This document shows, in pieces, positions 54,294-63,804 of a stretch of 64,000 nucleotides of DNA (position 1 is its first letter; each line of letters begins with the position of its first letter). This stretch comes from Chloroflexota bacterium. GTDB taxonomy: Bacteria > Chloroflexota > Dehalococcoidia > UBA2979. The stretch lies in NCBI GenBank assembly GCA_027593235.1, contig JAQCIU010000001.1, forward strand, positions 103,132 to 167,131, read 5' to 3'. Made by a program: the position numbers and the translations under genes. A model generated the notes under the pieces. The model searched no databases and was not told where the DNA came from. It saw only the letters and a list, made by a program, of their open reading frames with translations.

Positions 54294-55439
54294 ATGACCA
54301 CCACACTGATCGAGGGCGGCACGCTGATCGACGTCGCCACCGGCACGAGCGCCCTCGGTGACGTGCTGATCCGCGACGGCGTGGTCGTCGGCCTCGGCGC
54401 GGTCGATGCCACCGCGGTGGACACGCGCTTCGATGCCGGCGGGATGTACGTGTCGCCCGGCTGGATCGATGGCCACAGCCGCGGCTGGAGCGGCAACCGC
54501 ACGCGAGAGCAGAACCTGCGCGCCGACCAGTTCGGCGTGGATCAGGGCGTGGTCGCGATCGTCGAAGCCGGATCGATGGGTGCGCCGACCGCCGACGAGT
54601 TCCCCGCCGGAATGATCGAGGGCGCGTCGACGAAGGTGTTCGGCGCGATCAACATCGGATCCAGCGGCGCGCCGGGCCTCGAGGGCGGCCACTCATCGAG
54701 GTGGGAGTACGTTTCGCTGGAGCAGACCGTCGCCGCGGTGGAGCTCCACCGCGACTGGATGCGCGGCATCAAGGTGCAGGCGTCCTCATCGCACACCGGC
54801 CTGCTCGGCCTCGAAGCGGTGAAGATCGCGCGCAAGGCGGCGGAGCTGACCGGGCTGCCGCTGATGGCGCACATCGGCAACGCACCCCCGCTGCTGGAGG
54901 ACGTGCTCGCGCTGCTGCGCCGCGGCGACATCGTCACGCACACGTACCACGGCAAAGTCGGCGGCATCCTCGAGCGTGACGGGACGCCGATCCGCGCCTT
55001 CCTCGAAGCCGTCGAGCGCGGTGTGATCGTGGCGACGAGCCACGGGCGAGCGTCGTACTCGTTCGCGGTGGCGGAGCGCGCGGTGAAGGAACTGGGCCTG
55101 CCGCTGGACATCATCTCCACCGACATGCACCCCGGGAACATCGAGCACTACTCGCGCTCGATCGCCCACAACCTGACCAAGGCGCTGATGCTCGGCCTCT
55201 CGATTGAGCAGGTCGTCCAGGCCGTCACCATCAACCCCGCGCGCGCCTGGCGCCTCGATGCCGATGGCCTCGGCAGCCTCGCCGTCGGCCGGCCGGCGCA
55301 TGTCACCGTCTTCCGCGTCAACGACGAACCACTCGAGGTGACGGACACCCTCGACGAGGTGCGCACCGCGCCGCGCTGGGTAGAACCGGTCGCCGCCTGG
55401 GTCGACGGCCGCCGCTTCGATCGCACGGCGCCGATCTAG
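54294..55439 (+). CDS. Amidohydrolase/deacetylase-family metallohydrolase
   Basis: The N-terminus (LIEGGTLIDV...GMYVSPGWIDGHSRG) and HTYHGK fit the dihydroorotase-like fold. Confidence 0.75.
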   Translation: MTTTLIEGGTLIDVATGTSALGDVLIRDGVVVGLGAVDATAVDTRFDAGGMYVSPGWIDGHSRGWSGNRTREQNLRADQFGVDQGVVAIVEAGSMGAPTADEFPAGMIEGASTKVFGAINIGSSGAPGLEGGHSSRWEYVSLEQTVAAVELHRDWMRGIKVQASSSHTGLLGLEAVKIARKAAELTGLPLMAHIGNAPPLLEDVLALLRRGDIVTHTYHGKVGGILERDGTPIRAFLEAVERGVIVATSHGRASYSFAVAERAVKELGLPLDIISTDMHPGNIEHYSRSIAHNLTKALMLGLSIEQVVQAVTINPARAWRLDADGLGSLAVGRPAHVTVFRVNDEPLEVTDTLDEVRTAPRWVEPVAAWVDGRRFDRTAPI

Positions 55440-55647
55440 GGGTCGCCGGCGGCGCTCCGCCCTCGAGGCGCGTGCCCCGATCCGATCACGGACGATCTAC
55501 ACTCCGCTCGCTCCGCGCATCGAGCGGACCGTCCTCGTTCCCGTCGCGCTCGTGCGTTGCACCCGACGATCTCCGGCCTCTGGTCACCGCCGCCGGTCGT
55601 CGTGATCGAGGTGACCGAGCGTCGCAATCCTCGGAGGGAGGTGCGTC

Positions 55648-56757
55648 ATGCCAGATCCCAGCCTCGCCGAACGGCTCGATCAGCTCAAAGAAGCGGTCGA
55701 CGCCATCAAGGAGGCCCAGGAGGCTGCCGAGGGCGTCGAGGACATTGCCGACCAACTCGACGAGTTGACACGCCGGATCGACGAGGCGCGCGACGATCCC
55801 GACGCGCTCGATGCGGATACCTACGCCGACCTCGCGCTCGACCTGATGCTGGTGATTCCGAACAACCTGCCGCTTCCGGACGCCGCGAAGAAAGCGATCG
55901 AAGCGGTGGCAAGTGCGATTGCCGCCTTTATCCAGGGCGCGACGGGGCTCGCACTCTCGCTGCTCGCGCGGCGGTTCCGCGATCACCTCAAGGCGGGGAT
56001 GACGCCGGAAGAGGCAGCGCGGGCAGCGACGAACACGAAGGCTGAACGCAGCTGGCTGCTCACGCAGTTCCGCCTCGGCAAGGTGACGGCAGCCGGCGAT
56101 ACCCGCGAGGTCAAGACCCCCACGGAATGGCTATGGGAGAAGTTCAAGGGCATCCTTTCCGCCCTTACCGGCGGGCTGCTGATGGATCGGTCGCCGTTGC
56201 TGGTCGGCGCGGTGTTGGTGTTCCTGGTGGCGCTCGTCACATTCCTCCTCATCGGGCCATTCGGGTTACTCGGCGGCGGTGGCGGCGACGTGCCAGCGGA
56301 CGCCACCGAAGTGCCCACGGCCGCGCCGACCGAGAGCCCTGCGGCGACCGCGGCGACGAGCGAATCGCCTTCGCCGACGCCGACCGCGGCGCCAACGGAA
56401 GCAATCGCGAACCAGATGCCAGTAATCGCCGGCATCCAGGTCACGCTGCGGGTCCCGGTGACGACCTACCTCGTCAACGTGTCCGATCCGGACGGCGACG
56501 CCCTGAGCTTCAACTGGGGAATCGCCGGGGAGAACTGCGGCACCCCACGATCACCGCTGATCCAACCGGGCTCGTCCGCGTCGTTCTCATGGAGTCACAG
56601 CACGGATGCGCCCGACTCGTGTAAACACGCGTCGACCGATCACGCGGTGACCGTCTCCGTCGATGTCATCGAAGCCGGGGTGCCTCGGTGGTCGTGCATC
56701 ATCGAGGGCACCGAAACGCAGACGCTGACCGCGTCCGCCTGCGAGCCGATCCGCTGA
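55648..56757 (+). CDS. Hypothetical single-pass membrane protein: acidic coiled-coil N-terminus, TM, Pro/Thr linker, Cys-containing PKD/Ig-like C-terminal domain
   Basis: GGAGGGAGG lies upstream of ATG. The TM is LLVGAVLVFLVALVTFLLIGPF, the linker is PTAAPTESPAATAATSESPSPTPTAAPT, and the C-terminal domain contains VNVSDPDGDALSFNWG. I did not recognise a family. Confidence 0.6.
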   Translation: MPDPSLAERLDQLKEAVDAIKEAQEAAEGVEDIADQLDELTRRIDEARDDPDALDADTYADLALDLMLVIPNNLPLPDAAKKAIEAVASAIAAFIQGATGLALSLLARRFRDHLKAGMTPEEAARAATNTKAERSWLLTQFRLGKVTAAGDTREVKTPTEWLWEKFKGILSALTGGLLMDRSPLLVGAVLVFLVALVTFLLIGPFGLLGGGGGDVPADATEVPTAAPTESPAATAATSESPSPTPTAAPTEAIANQMPVIAGIQVTLRVPVTTYLVNVSDPDGDALSFNWGIAGENCGTPRSPLIQPGSSASFSWSHSTDAPDSCKHASTDHAVTVSVDVIEAGVPRWSCIIEGTETQTLTASACEPIR

Positions 56758-56848
56758 GTACCGACCGCGCTCGAGCTGAGCGCGCCGCCGCAGCGGGCGG
56801 CACACTGGCAAGTGCATCGCACGGGGCGCTCCGCGTGAGAGGCCGAGG

Positions 56849-57961
56849 ATGACCAACATCTACGAACGGTTCGGCGTCACGTCGGTGATCAACGCCGCCG
56901 GCAAGATGACCGCCCTCGGTGGCACCGCCCAGCACGAGGACGTCGCGCGCGCCCAGGCCGAGGCGGCGCAATCGCACGTCGACCTCGCCGCGCTGCGCGC
57001 ACGCGCCGGCGAATTGATCTCGCAACGTACCGGCGCCGAGGCCGCCAGTGTCACGACCGGCGCCGCCGCCGGGATCGCGATCGCGACCGCCGCGGTCGTC
57101 GCTGGGGCGGACCCGGAGCGCCTCGCTCGCTTGCCGGATTCCGAGGGCTGGACCAACCGCGTGCTCGTTCAGGGCGGCCACTGGATCAGCTTCGGCGCGG
57201 CGGTCGAGCAGATGATCCGTATCGGCGGTGGGCGGCCGGAGCGGATCGGCTCGGCGCAGAACGTGCCCGAGGAGCTGCTCGGTGGGGCGCTGCACGACGG
57301 CACGCCGGTCGCCGCGCTGCTGTACGTGCAGTCGCACCACTCGGCGCAGGAGCGGATGGTCAGCCTCGAACGCTGCGTCGAGCTGGCGCATGGGGTCGGC
57401 GTCCCGGTAATCGTGGATGCCGCCGCCGAGGAAGACCTCCGCCGCTACATCGCGATCGGCTGCGACCTCGTCACCTACTCCGGCGGCAAGGCGTTCGGCG
57501 GGCCGACCGTCGGCTTCATCGCCGGCCGTCGCGACCTGATCGAGGCCTGCGAGGCGCAGACCCGCGGCATCGCCCGTCCGATGAAGGTCGGCAAGGAGCA
57601 GATCGCCGGATTGCTGGTCGCCCTCGAACGCTACGAGGCGGCGGACGAGGCGGCCGAGCTGGAGCGCCGCCGCCGCGTTAACGCCGTCGTCCGCGCAGCC
57701 CTCGAGGGCGTCGCCACCGCCGAGGCATCGATCCACCTCGATGAAGCGGGCCGCCCGATCGAGCGCGTCGCGATCCGCGCCGTCGACGGCGCCTTCGAGG
57801 TGCGCGACCTGGTCGCCTACCTCGAAAGCGGGTCGCCGAGCATTCGGACCCGCAACCACCACCTCGGCGAGGGGGTGGTCTTCCTCGATCCGCGGGAGGT
57901 CAGCGAGGGACAGGCACCGCTAATCGCGGCGCGGCTGCGGGAGTACTTCGCGCCGCGCTGA
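56849..57961 (+). CDS. SelA-related PLP-dependent enzyme (DgaE-like)
   Basis: MTNIYERFGVTSVINAAGKMTALGG and the PLP-lysine context YSGGKAFGGP are present. Confidence 0.75.
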   Translation: MTNIYERFGVTSVINAAGKMTALGGTAQHEDVARAQAEAAQSHVDLAALRARAGELISQRTGAEAASVTTGAAAGIAIATAAVVAGADPERLARLPDSEGWTNRVLVQGGHWISFGAAVEQMIRIGGGRPERIGSAQNVPEELLGGALHDGTPVAALLYVQSHHSAQERMVSLERCVELAHGVGVPVIVDAAAEEDLRRYIAIGCDLVTYSGGKAFGGPTVGFIAGRRDLIEACEAQTRGIARPMKVGKEQIAGLLVALERYEAADEAAELERRRRVNAVVRAALEGVATAEASIHLDEAGRPIERVAIRAVDGAFEVRDLVAYLESGSPSIRTRNHHLGEGVVFLDPREVSEGQAPLIAARLREYFAPR

Positions 57962-57970
57962 CCCACGCTG

Positions 57971-58537
57971 CTACTGGCTCACCTCGGACGGTGCGGGAGC
58001 GGGCGCCAGGTGGGCGCGAACGTCGTCCGCGAAGGCGTCGACGTCGGCCCAGTCGGTGAGTTCGTGGTCGCGTGACATATCGGTGGGCTCGCCCTCTTTG
58101 CGGGCGATGGGGCGCATCACGCGCTTCTTGATGAAGCCGTACTGCGTGTACTTGATCGCGCCAGCGAACACGCCAACGACGTCCGGACTCCAGCCGGTCT
58201 GATCCATGAACTCGCTGGCATAGTCGGCGGCCTGCCCAGCGTATGGCTCGATTTCGGAGCCGGCGGCGCCGCTGACCGAGAAGAACGCCGAAGGCCGCGC
58301 TGTCAGCTCGTCGCGGTGCTGCCGCACGTAGGCCATCAGTTGCGATTCATGGTGGCCGAAGTGCACCGACCCGCCGATCGCGATCGCGTCGAAGTCCCGC
58401 AGGCTCACCGGCGCCTCGTCCATCGAGAAGACGTGGACGATCGCCTCGCGATCCGCGCGCAGTCGATCGGCGATATGGTGCGCGACCCGCGCGGTCTGGC
58501 CTTCGCGGGTGGTGTAGATAATCGCGAACTCACTCAT
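57971..58537 (-). CDS. Flavodoxin-domain protein (HemG-like)
   Basis: ATG 58537 lies 8 nt after GGAGG. The N-terminus is MSEFAIIYTTREGQTARVAHHIADRL. Confidence 0.8.
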   Translation of the reverse strand: MSEFAIIYTTREGQTARVAHHIADRLRADREAIVHVFSMDEAPVSLRDFDAIAIGGSVHFGHHESQLMAYVRQHRDELTARPSAFFSVSGAAGSEIEPYAGQAADYASEFMDQTGWSPDVVGVFAGAIKYTQYGFIKKRVMRPIARKEGEPTDMSRDHELTDWADVDAFADDVRAHLAPAPAPSEVSQ

Positions 58538-58664
58538 GGGGCGCGCCTCCGTACTCAGGCAGCGTCCCAAGGCGGGCGGGCGGAGAGGAGGGCCGGAAGT
58601 CACGATGATGCTGTGCTGAAGGAACGAGGAAGTCCCACCTCGACCCCTGGCCGTGCGCTCGCCG

Positions 58665-60389
58665 TTAGGATGGCCGCCGCATCGTGTCCATCGTGTCGCC
58701 ACGCTGTACGAGGGCGTCGCCACCCGAGTAGCCCATCGGCGCGCCGTCCGCGCGCCAGCAGGCGGCGCCGATGAACAGGCCTGTCTCTGGGTCGCGCATC
58801 AGCCCGTTCATCCCGCCGGCGACCTTGTACACCGGCAGGATCTCGTGGCCGCGCCCGCCGAGGTCGCCCGAGAGGGCGTCGAAGCCGCCGAAGCCCTCGA
58901 AGCCCTGCTCCAGCTCGAGGCCGAGCCCGCGGTCCCACATCCGAGGCGCCTCGACCGCCTGCTGCAGCGTCATGCCGTGGACGATGACGTTGGCGATCGC
59001 CTGAGCGACCGCGCCGAAGATACGGAGGCCGCCCGGGGTGCCGAGCGACATAAACGGCTGGTCGTCTTTGAGCACGATCACCGGCGACATCGAGGAGAGG
59101 ATGCGCTTGCCGGGGGCGATCGAATTCGTGCGGCCGGGAATCGGGTCCATGAGCTGCATGCAGTTGTTCAGCAGCATGCCGGTCCCGGGAACAGTCACTT
59201 TCGAGCCGAATGTGTAGTGCAGCGTGTTCGTCGTGGCGACGATGTTGCCGTCCTCGTCGATGGTCGAGCAGTGCGTCGTCGAGTGCTGTTCGCGGTCGGG
59301 GACGACGGTCGCTACATAATCCTGCGACTCACCCACCATAATCTGCTCGGCTCGCTGCGCCGCGTACTCGTCCGAGGTGAGCCAGTCGATCGGGATGTCC
59401 GAGGTCAGCGGGTCGGCCATGAACTCCGTGCGGTCGGCGAAGGCGATCTTCATCGCCTCCGATAGCAGATGGGTGTAGTCGGGGGAGGCGAAGCCCATCT
59501 CCGCGATCGGGAAGTGGTTGAGGATCTTCAGCATCTGGATGATGTGCGTGGCGCCCGAGGACGGCGGCGGCGGCGCGACGATCTCGTAGCCGCGGACCAT
59601 GCCGCGGACCGGCGGGCGCTCGTAGATCTGGTAGTTCTCGATCTCCTCCATCGTGATCAGGCCGCCGTTGGCGGCCATGTCGTCGGCGATCGCCAGGCCC
59701 AGGGGGCCGTGATAGAGGTAGTCCGCGCCAGCGGTGGAGATCGCCTCAAGCGTGTCGGCGTAGGCCTCGCGAACGATCGTGTCGCCGACGGCGGGCGGCT
59801 GTCCGTCCTTCAGGAAGACGCTCGCCGTGTCCTCGTAGGCACGCATGCCCTCGAGTTCGATCGTGATGATGTTGTTCAGGTAGGGGCTGACGCGAAAGCC
59901 GCGGCGCGCGAAGCGGATCGCCGGCGCCATCACGTCGGCCAGCGGCAGCCGCCCGTACTTCTCGACGGCCGTGCACCAGCCGAGGAGCGTGCCGCCGACC
60001 GCGACCGCCTTGTGGCCCAGCGCGTTGAGGTCGTCAACGACCTCGTAGTTGTGGGCGGGCGGGATCGCGTCGAACAGATCGGGCGTCGCCGCGTGCGGGA
60101 CGGTCGCGTAGTTGTCGATCACGACGGCGGTGCCGTCCGCCATCCGGATGTTGACGAACCCGGCGCCGAAGATCGTCACCATCATCGGCTCGACGACGGT
60201 CAGCGCGAACATCGTCGCGATCGCTGCGTCGACGGCGTTCCCACCGTTGACCAGCATCTCGTTCCCGGCCAGGGAGGCCAGCGGGTGGTTCGAGGTCACC
60301 ATCCCCTTCGACCCGACCGCCGGCTGCTTCACCGTCGGGAAGTCGTAGCGGCCTCGTGGATTGGCAATGCCGGGGAGGGTGGTCGTCAT
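58665..60389 (-). CDS. ggt: Gamma-glutamyltransferase
   Basis: ATG 60389. The autoprocessing/catalytic Thr context is EQHSTTHCSTIDEDGN, and GTPGG is present near the C-terminus. Confidence 0.9.
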   Translation of the reverse strand: MTTTLPGIANPRGRYDFPTVKQPAVGSKGMVTSNHPLASLAGNEMLVNGGNAVDAAIATMFALTVVEPMMVTIFGAGFVNIRMADGTAVVIDNYATVPHAATPDLFDAIPPAHNYEVVDDLNALGHKAVAVGGTLLGWCTAVEKYGRLPLADVMAPAIRFARRGFRVSPYLNNIITIELEGMRAYEDTASVFLKDGQPPAVGDTIVREAYADTLEAISTAGADYLYHGPLGLAIADDMAANGGLITMEEIENYQIYERPPVRGMVRGYEIVAPPPPSSGATHIIQMLKILNHFPIAEMGFASPDYTHLLSEAMKIAFADRTEFMADPLTSDIPIDWLTSDEYAAQRAEQIMVGESQDYVATVVPDREQHSTTHCSTIDEDGNIVATTNTLHYTFGSKVTVPGTGMLLNNCMQLMDPIPGRTNSIAPGKRILSSMSPVIVLKDDQPFMSLGTPGGLRIFGAVAQAIANVIVHGMTLQQAVEAPRMWDRGLGLELEQGFEGFGGFDALSGDLGGRGHEILPVYKVAGGMNGLMRDPETGLFIGAACWRADGAPMGYSGGDALVQRGDTMDTMRRPS

Positions 60390-60552
60390 CGAGGCGCCTC
60401 GGTTCTCTCGGGCGCGCCTCGGGCGGGGCGAGCCGAGGCGCATTGTGCGCGACGGGCGCGGTGCGGGGCCAGCGAGCGCGGGAACGCGGGGGATTGGGCG
60501 CGGACGTGGACAGGAAATGGAAAGATTGAACTGCGGTGTCTAGGCTGCCGTG

Positions 60553-60780
60553 ATGCACTGAGACGAACTCGGACGGCTCCGTCAAGGCGGCGGAAACCTC
60601 AAGGGCCGCGACCTCCGCGATGCCGCCGAGAGTTGCGGTTGGTTTCACGTCAGGACCAAGGGCGGCCACCACGCCTATCGCAAGGGCGGGTTTCGTACGT
60701 TGATCATCCCGGAATCCGTGAATTCTGGTACCGCCCGTAGTATCATAAATGCACTGATCGCCGCGCTAGAGGACGAATGA
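60553..60780 (+). pseudogene. hicA: HicA-family toxin gene with in-frame TGA at codon 3 (60559-60561)
   Basis: Reading ATG CAC TGA and then the same frame gives DELGRLRQGGGNLKGRDLRDAAESCGWFHVRTKGGHHAYRKGGFRTLIIPESVNSGTARSIINAL..., which is HicA-like. Its TGA overlaps the hicB ATG (aATGA). No other start codon exists before the last third of the gene. Confidence 0.7.
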
Positions 60781-61202
60781 TGGATCGACGCACGTTCCTG
60801 GAAGCTCCTTATCACCGTCACTGGTTTCGTGATGAGGACGGGGGCTGGTCCGCGGAGGTCGCTGAACTCGATGGCGTCTTCGCGAGCGGCGATTCGCTCG
60901 AGGAGGTCGCGTCCAACCTCGACGAGGCGATGGCGTTGTGGTTCGAGGTCGAGCAAGAAGAGGGGCGTTCGATTCCAGCGCCCTGGGGAAGCCGCTCCCA
61001 CTCCGGGACGTTGAATCTGCGGCTGCCGAAGTCGCTACACGAGCTCGCGGCCCGGCGGGCGAAGATCGAGGGCGTGTCCCTCAACCAGTACCTTCTGACC
61101 GCGATCGCAGCTCACGTCGGTACTTCCGCCTCGCTCGACGCCCCGCTAGGCACCTCGGCGCGCGCCGCGCAGCCGCCCGAGGATCTGGCCCAGACGGCGT
61201 AG
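60777..61202 (+). CDS. hicB: HicB-family antitoxin with C-terminal RHH/Arc-like DNA-binding domain
   Basis: The N-terminal HicB fold reads WSAEVAELDGVFASGDSLEEVASNLDEAMALWFE. The C-terminus reads LNLRLPKSLHELAARRAKIEGVSLNQYLLTAI. Confidence 0.8.
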   Translation: MMDRRTFLEAPYHRHWFRDEDGGWSAEVAELDGVFASGDSLEEVASNLDEAMALWFEVEQEEGRSIPAPWGSRSHSGTLNLRLPKSLHELAARRAKIEGVSLNQYLLTAIAAHVGTSASLDAPLGTSARAAQPPEDLAQTA

Positions 61203-61215
61203 CCGGTCGATCAGC

Positions 61216-61242
61216 AGAGGCCGCGTCACGGACGCGGCCTCT
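61216..61242. terminator. Perfect 11-bp stem hairpin between convergent hicB and enoyl-CoA hydratase genes
   Basis: agaggccgcgt (61216-61226) pairs with acgcggcctct (61232-61242) across a 5-nt loop. There is no clear U-tract. Confidence 0.45.
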
Positions 61243-61270
61243 GTCAAAGCTGCTTCCGAGGTAGTGGCGG

Positions 61271-62110
61271 CTAGCGGCCGGTGAACTCTGGGTCGCGGCG
61301 CTCCATGAACGACGCGACACCTTCCTTGAAGTCCTCCATGCCGAAGAGCACCCGCAGGTGGACCAGCAGGTGGTCGACCGTCGTCTCGTACGTTTCGTTC
61401 ATGCCCTGGCGCATCATTCGCTTCGTCGCCTGGACGGCCATCGGTGCGTTGGTGGCGATCTCCTGGGCCCACTGGCGAGCGGTCGCCATCAGGTCCTCGT
61501 CCGGCACCACTTCGTTGACGATGCCGAGTTCCTTGCACTCGGCGGCGCCGACGACGCGGCCGCGGAAGAACAGCTCGGCGGACTTGCCCCAGCCGATCAG
61601 GCGCGGGAGCAGCCAGGTGCCGCCGCTCTCGGGGAGCAGGTTCCGCTTCGCGGTGACGGCGGCCATGCGGCCGCTCTCACCGGAGATGCGGATGTCGCAG
61701 AGCAGCGCGAGGTCCATGCCGTACCCGGCGGCGGCGCCGTTGAGCGCGCAGATCACCGGCTTGTCCATGTTCCACAGCACCGTCGGCGGCGAGTCGTGCA
61801 GGTCGAAGAGCTGCTGGACCTGCTTGCCCGCCGCCTCGCGGGCGCCGGGCCCGCTGTCCACGAGGTCGAGGCCGGCGCAGAAGCCGCGCCCGGTCCCGGT
61901 GATGATCAGCGCGCGTACCTCGGGGTCGCGGTTCGCCTGGGTCAGCATGCGGCTGAGCGCGCCCAGCATCTCTGTGCTGATCGCGTTCATGCGGTCAGGG
62001 CGGTTGAAGGTCAGGATCAGGACCTGGCCGTCGCGCTCGGCGAGGAGTTGGTCGGTGCCGGTGTCGACCGCCGTGGTCGACGCCCGCGTGGGGGCGGTTT
62101 CGGTGGTCAT
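61271..62110 (-). CDS. Enoyl-CoA hydratase/isomerase (crotonase) family protein
   Basis: LTFNRPDRMNA, ITGTGRGFCAGLDL and ALNGAAAGYGMDLAL motifs are present. Confidence 0.85.
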   Translation of the reverse strand: MTTETAPTRASTTAVDTGTDQLLAERDGQVLILTFNRPDRMNAISTEMLGALSRMLTQANRDPEVRALIITGTGRGFCAGLDLVDSGPGAREAAGKQVQQLFDLHDSPPTVLWNMDKPVICALNGAAAGYGMDLALLCDIRISGESGRMAAVTAKRNLLPESGGTWLLPRLIGWGKSAELFFRGRVVGAAECKELGIVNEVVPDEDLMATARQWAQEIATNAPMAVQATKRMMRQGMNETYETTVDHLLVHLRVLFGMEDFKEGVASFMERRDPEFTGR

Positions 62111-62183
62111 GGCTTGGCTCCTCGGATCAGCGTGGATGGCGTTTCGAACATTGTTTGAATGCTAGCAGCGGGGGCCGGGGTGT

Positions 62184-62630
62184 CTACGGCCGAACGGCCG
62201 TCTCCTCGGTCACTTCCTCGGTCGCCTCCCGCATCACGACGTCAACGCTGTCGTGCTCCCAGTGGAGGACGTGCTCGACGTGTTCGCGCACCGTCCATTC
62301 GTCGCCCTTCGCGCGCAGTCCGAGGACGGCGTCGTCCGACACGAGGAGCTGACCGGCCAGTTCGACGCGCTCGCGCAGCCAGTCGCGGAGCAGCCGCGCC
62401 AATTCCGATTCCTGCATTGCTTTGCCGTCGTAGCGGGCGCTGCTGATCGCGCCGGCGTGCATGCGGTCGTGCTCGAGGTTGTGGACCAGCAGCCGCCGCA
62501 CCCCGCCGTCCATCGCACAGCCGTGGCTGCACGCGTGATCGAGGTCGTCGTCGCTCAACTGCTGCAGGCGATCGACGGTCTCCGCGATCGAGTCGAGGAG
62601 CTGGCGTGCCAGCGTTCGTGTTTCGCTCAC
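62184..62630 (-). CDS. DinB-family (four-helix bundle, metal-binding) protein
   Basis: GTG 62630 lies 7 nt after GAGGAG. It has a His-rich triad pattern (HACSHGC...HNLEHDRMH...HVEHVLHWEHD). Confidence 0.6.
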   Translation of the reverse strand: MSETRTLARQLLDSIAETVDRLQQLSDDDLDHACSHGCAMDGGVRRLLVHNLEHDRMHAGAISSARYDGKAMQESELARLLRDWLRERVELAGQLLVSDDAVLGLRAKGDEWTVREHVEHVLHWEHDSVDVVMREATEEVTEETAVRP

Positions 62631-62670
62631 CGCTACGCTCCTCGTCTTCGCGCGACTCGATGTGCCTGCG

Positions 62671-63804
62671 CTAGCGGGCGACCATCCCCGACTGCATCCG
62701 ATCGAGGATCTCCTCGGCCTGCTTCGCCATCGCGCGGACGACGTCCTGCGCGCCAAGCTGCGCGGTCACGAGACCGGCGGCCTGGCCACCGGCGTTGCGG
62801 ATCAGGTCGATGCGCCCCGCCTGGCGGGCGGCGCGCTGCGTCGGCTCGGCGATTGCGCCCTGGGCGCCCATCGGCAACGCGTGGAGGCCGCTCTGTTCCC
62901 AGAGGTCGATCAGCGGGTTCTTGATGTTGCGCATCGTCTTGCCGCTGTAGAGGCGGGTGATGATGGTGTCTTCGTCGACCGCCTCGATCACGCGCTCCTT
63001 CAGCTCCTGGTCGAGGTGGGCTTCCTTCGTCGCGAGGAACAGCGTGCCGCACCAGACGCCCTCGGCGCCCAGCGCGAGCGCGGCCGCGAGCCCGCGTCCG
63101 TCGGCGATGCCGCCAGCCGCCACGACCGGCATCGGCGTCACCGCGTCGACCACCTGCGGCACGAGCGCCATCGTCCCGATGCGGCCGGTGTGACCGCCCG
63201 CCTCGGTGCCCTGCGCGACCACGATGTCGGCGCCGCCGTCGCGGATGCGCCGCGCGTTCTTCACGTTACCGACGAGACCGATCACCTTCGCGCCGTTCCC
63301 GTGGAACGCCTCGACGTACTGCGCGGGGTTCCCGAGGCCGCTCGCGAAGACCGGCACGTTCTCCTGGAGGATGACGTCAACCTGGCGGTTCTGCCGCTCA
63401 GCGGAGCTGAGCCGCGCCCATTCCTCGTCGCGCGGCGGATCGGCGGGGCCCGGGTCCGGGAGGTCGAACGCCTCGTAGACCCGCTGCTGGAACTTCACGT
63501 ACTCCTCGGGGAGCTGTGGCGCGCCGGACCCGTCGCGCGTCTCGCGGGACAGGTCGGCGAGGGTGGCAGTGGCGTTCGGCAGCAGGATGTCCACGCCGAA
63601 CGGCTTGCTCGTGTACTCGCGGATCTTGCGGACGCTCTCGGAAATCTCGTCCGGCGTCATCGCCGCCGCGCCCAGCACGCCCAGCCCGCCCGCCTCGGAA
63701 ACCGCGGCGGCTAGCTCCCATTCTGCTACCGGCGACATCCCGGCCAGCATGATTGGGTACTCGATACCAAGCATTTCGGTGATGCGGTTGGAAAGTGACG
63801 CCAT
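62671..63804 (-). CDS. Nitronate monooxygenase (NMO / FabK-like FMN enzyme)
   Basis: LGIEYPIMLAGMS, GGLGVLG and VAQGTEAGGHTG motifs are present. Confidence 0.85.
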   Translation of the reverse strand: MASLSNRITEMLGIEYPIMLAGMSPVAEWELAAAVSEAGGLGVLGAAAMTPDEISESVRKIREYTSKPFGVDILLPNATATLADLSRETRDGSGAPQLPEEYVKFQQRVYEAFDLPDPGPADPPRDEEWARLSSAERQNRQVDVILQENVPVFASGLGNPAQYVEAFHGNGAKVIGLVGNVKNARRIRDGGADIVVAQGTEAGGHTGRIGTMALVPQVVDAVTPMPVVAAGGIADGRGLAAALALGAEGVWCGTLFLATKEAHLDQELKERVIEAVDEDTIITRLYSGKTMRNIKNPLIDLWEQSGLHALPMGAQGAIAEPTQRAARQAGRIDLIRNAGGQAAGLVTAQLGAQDVVRAMAKQAEEILDRMQSGMVAR

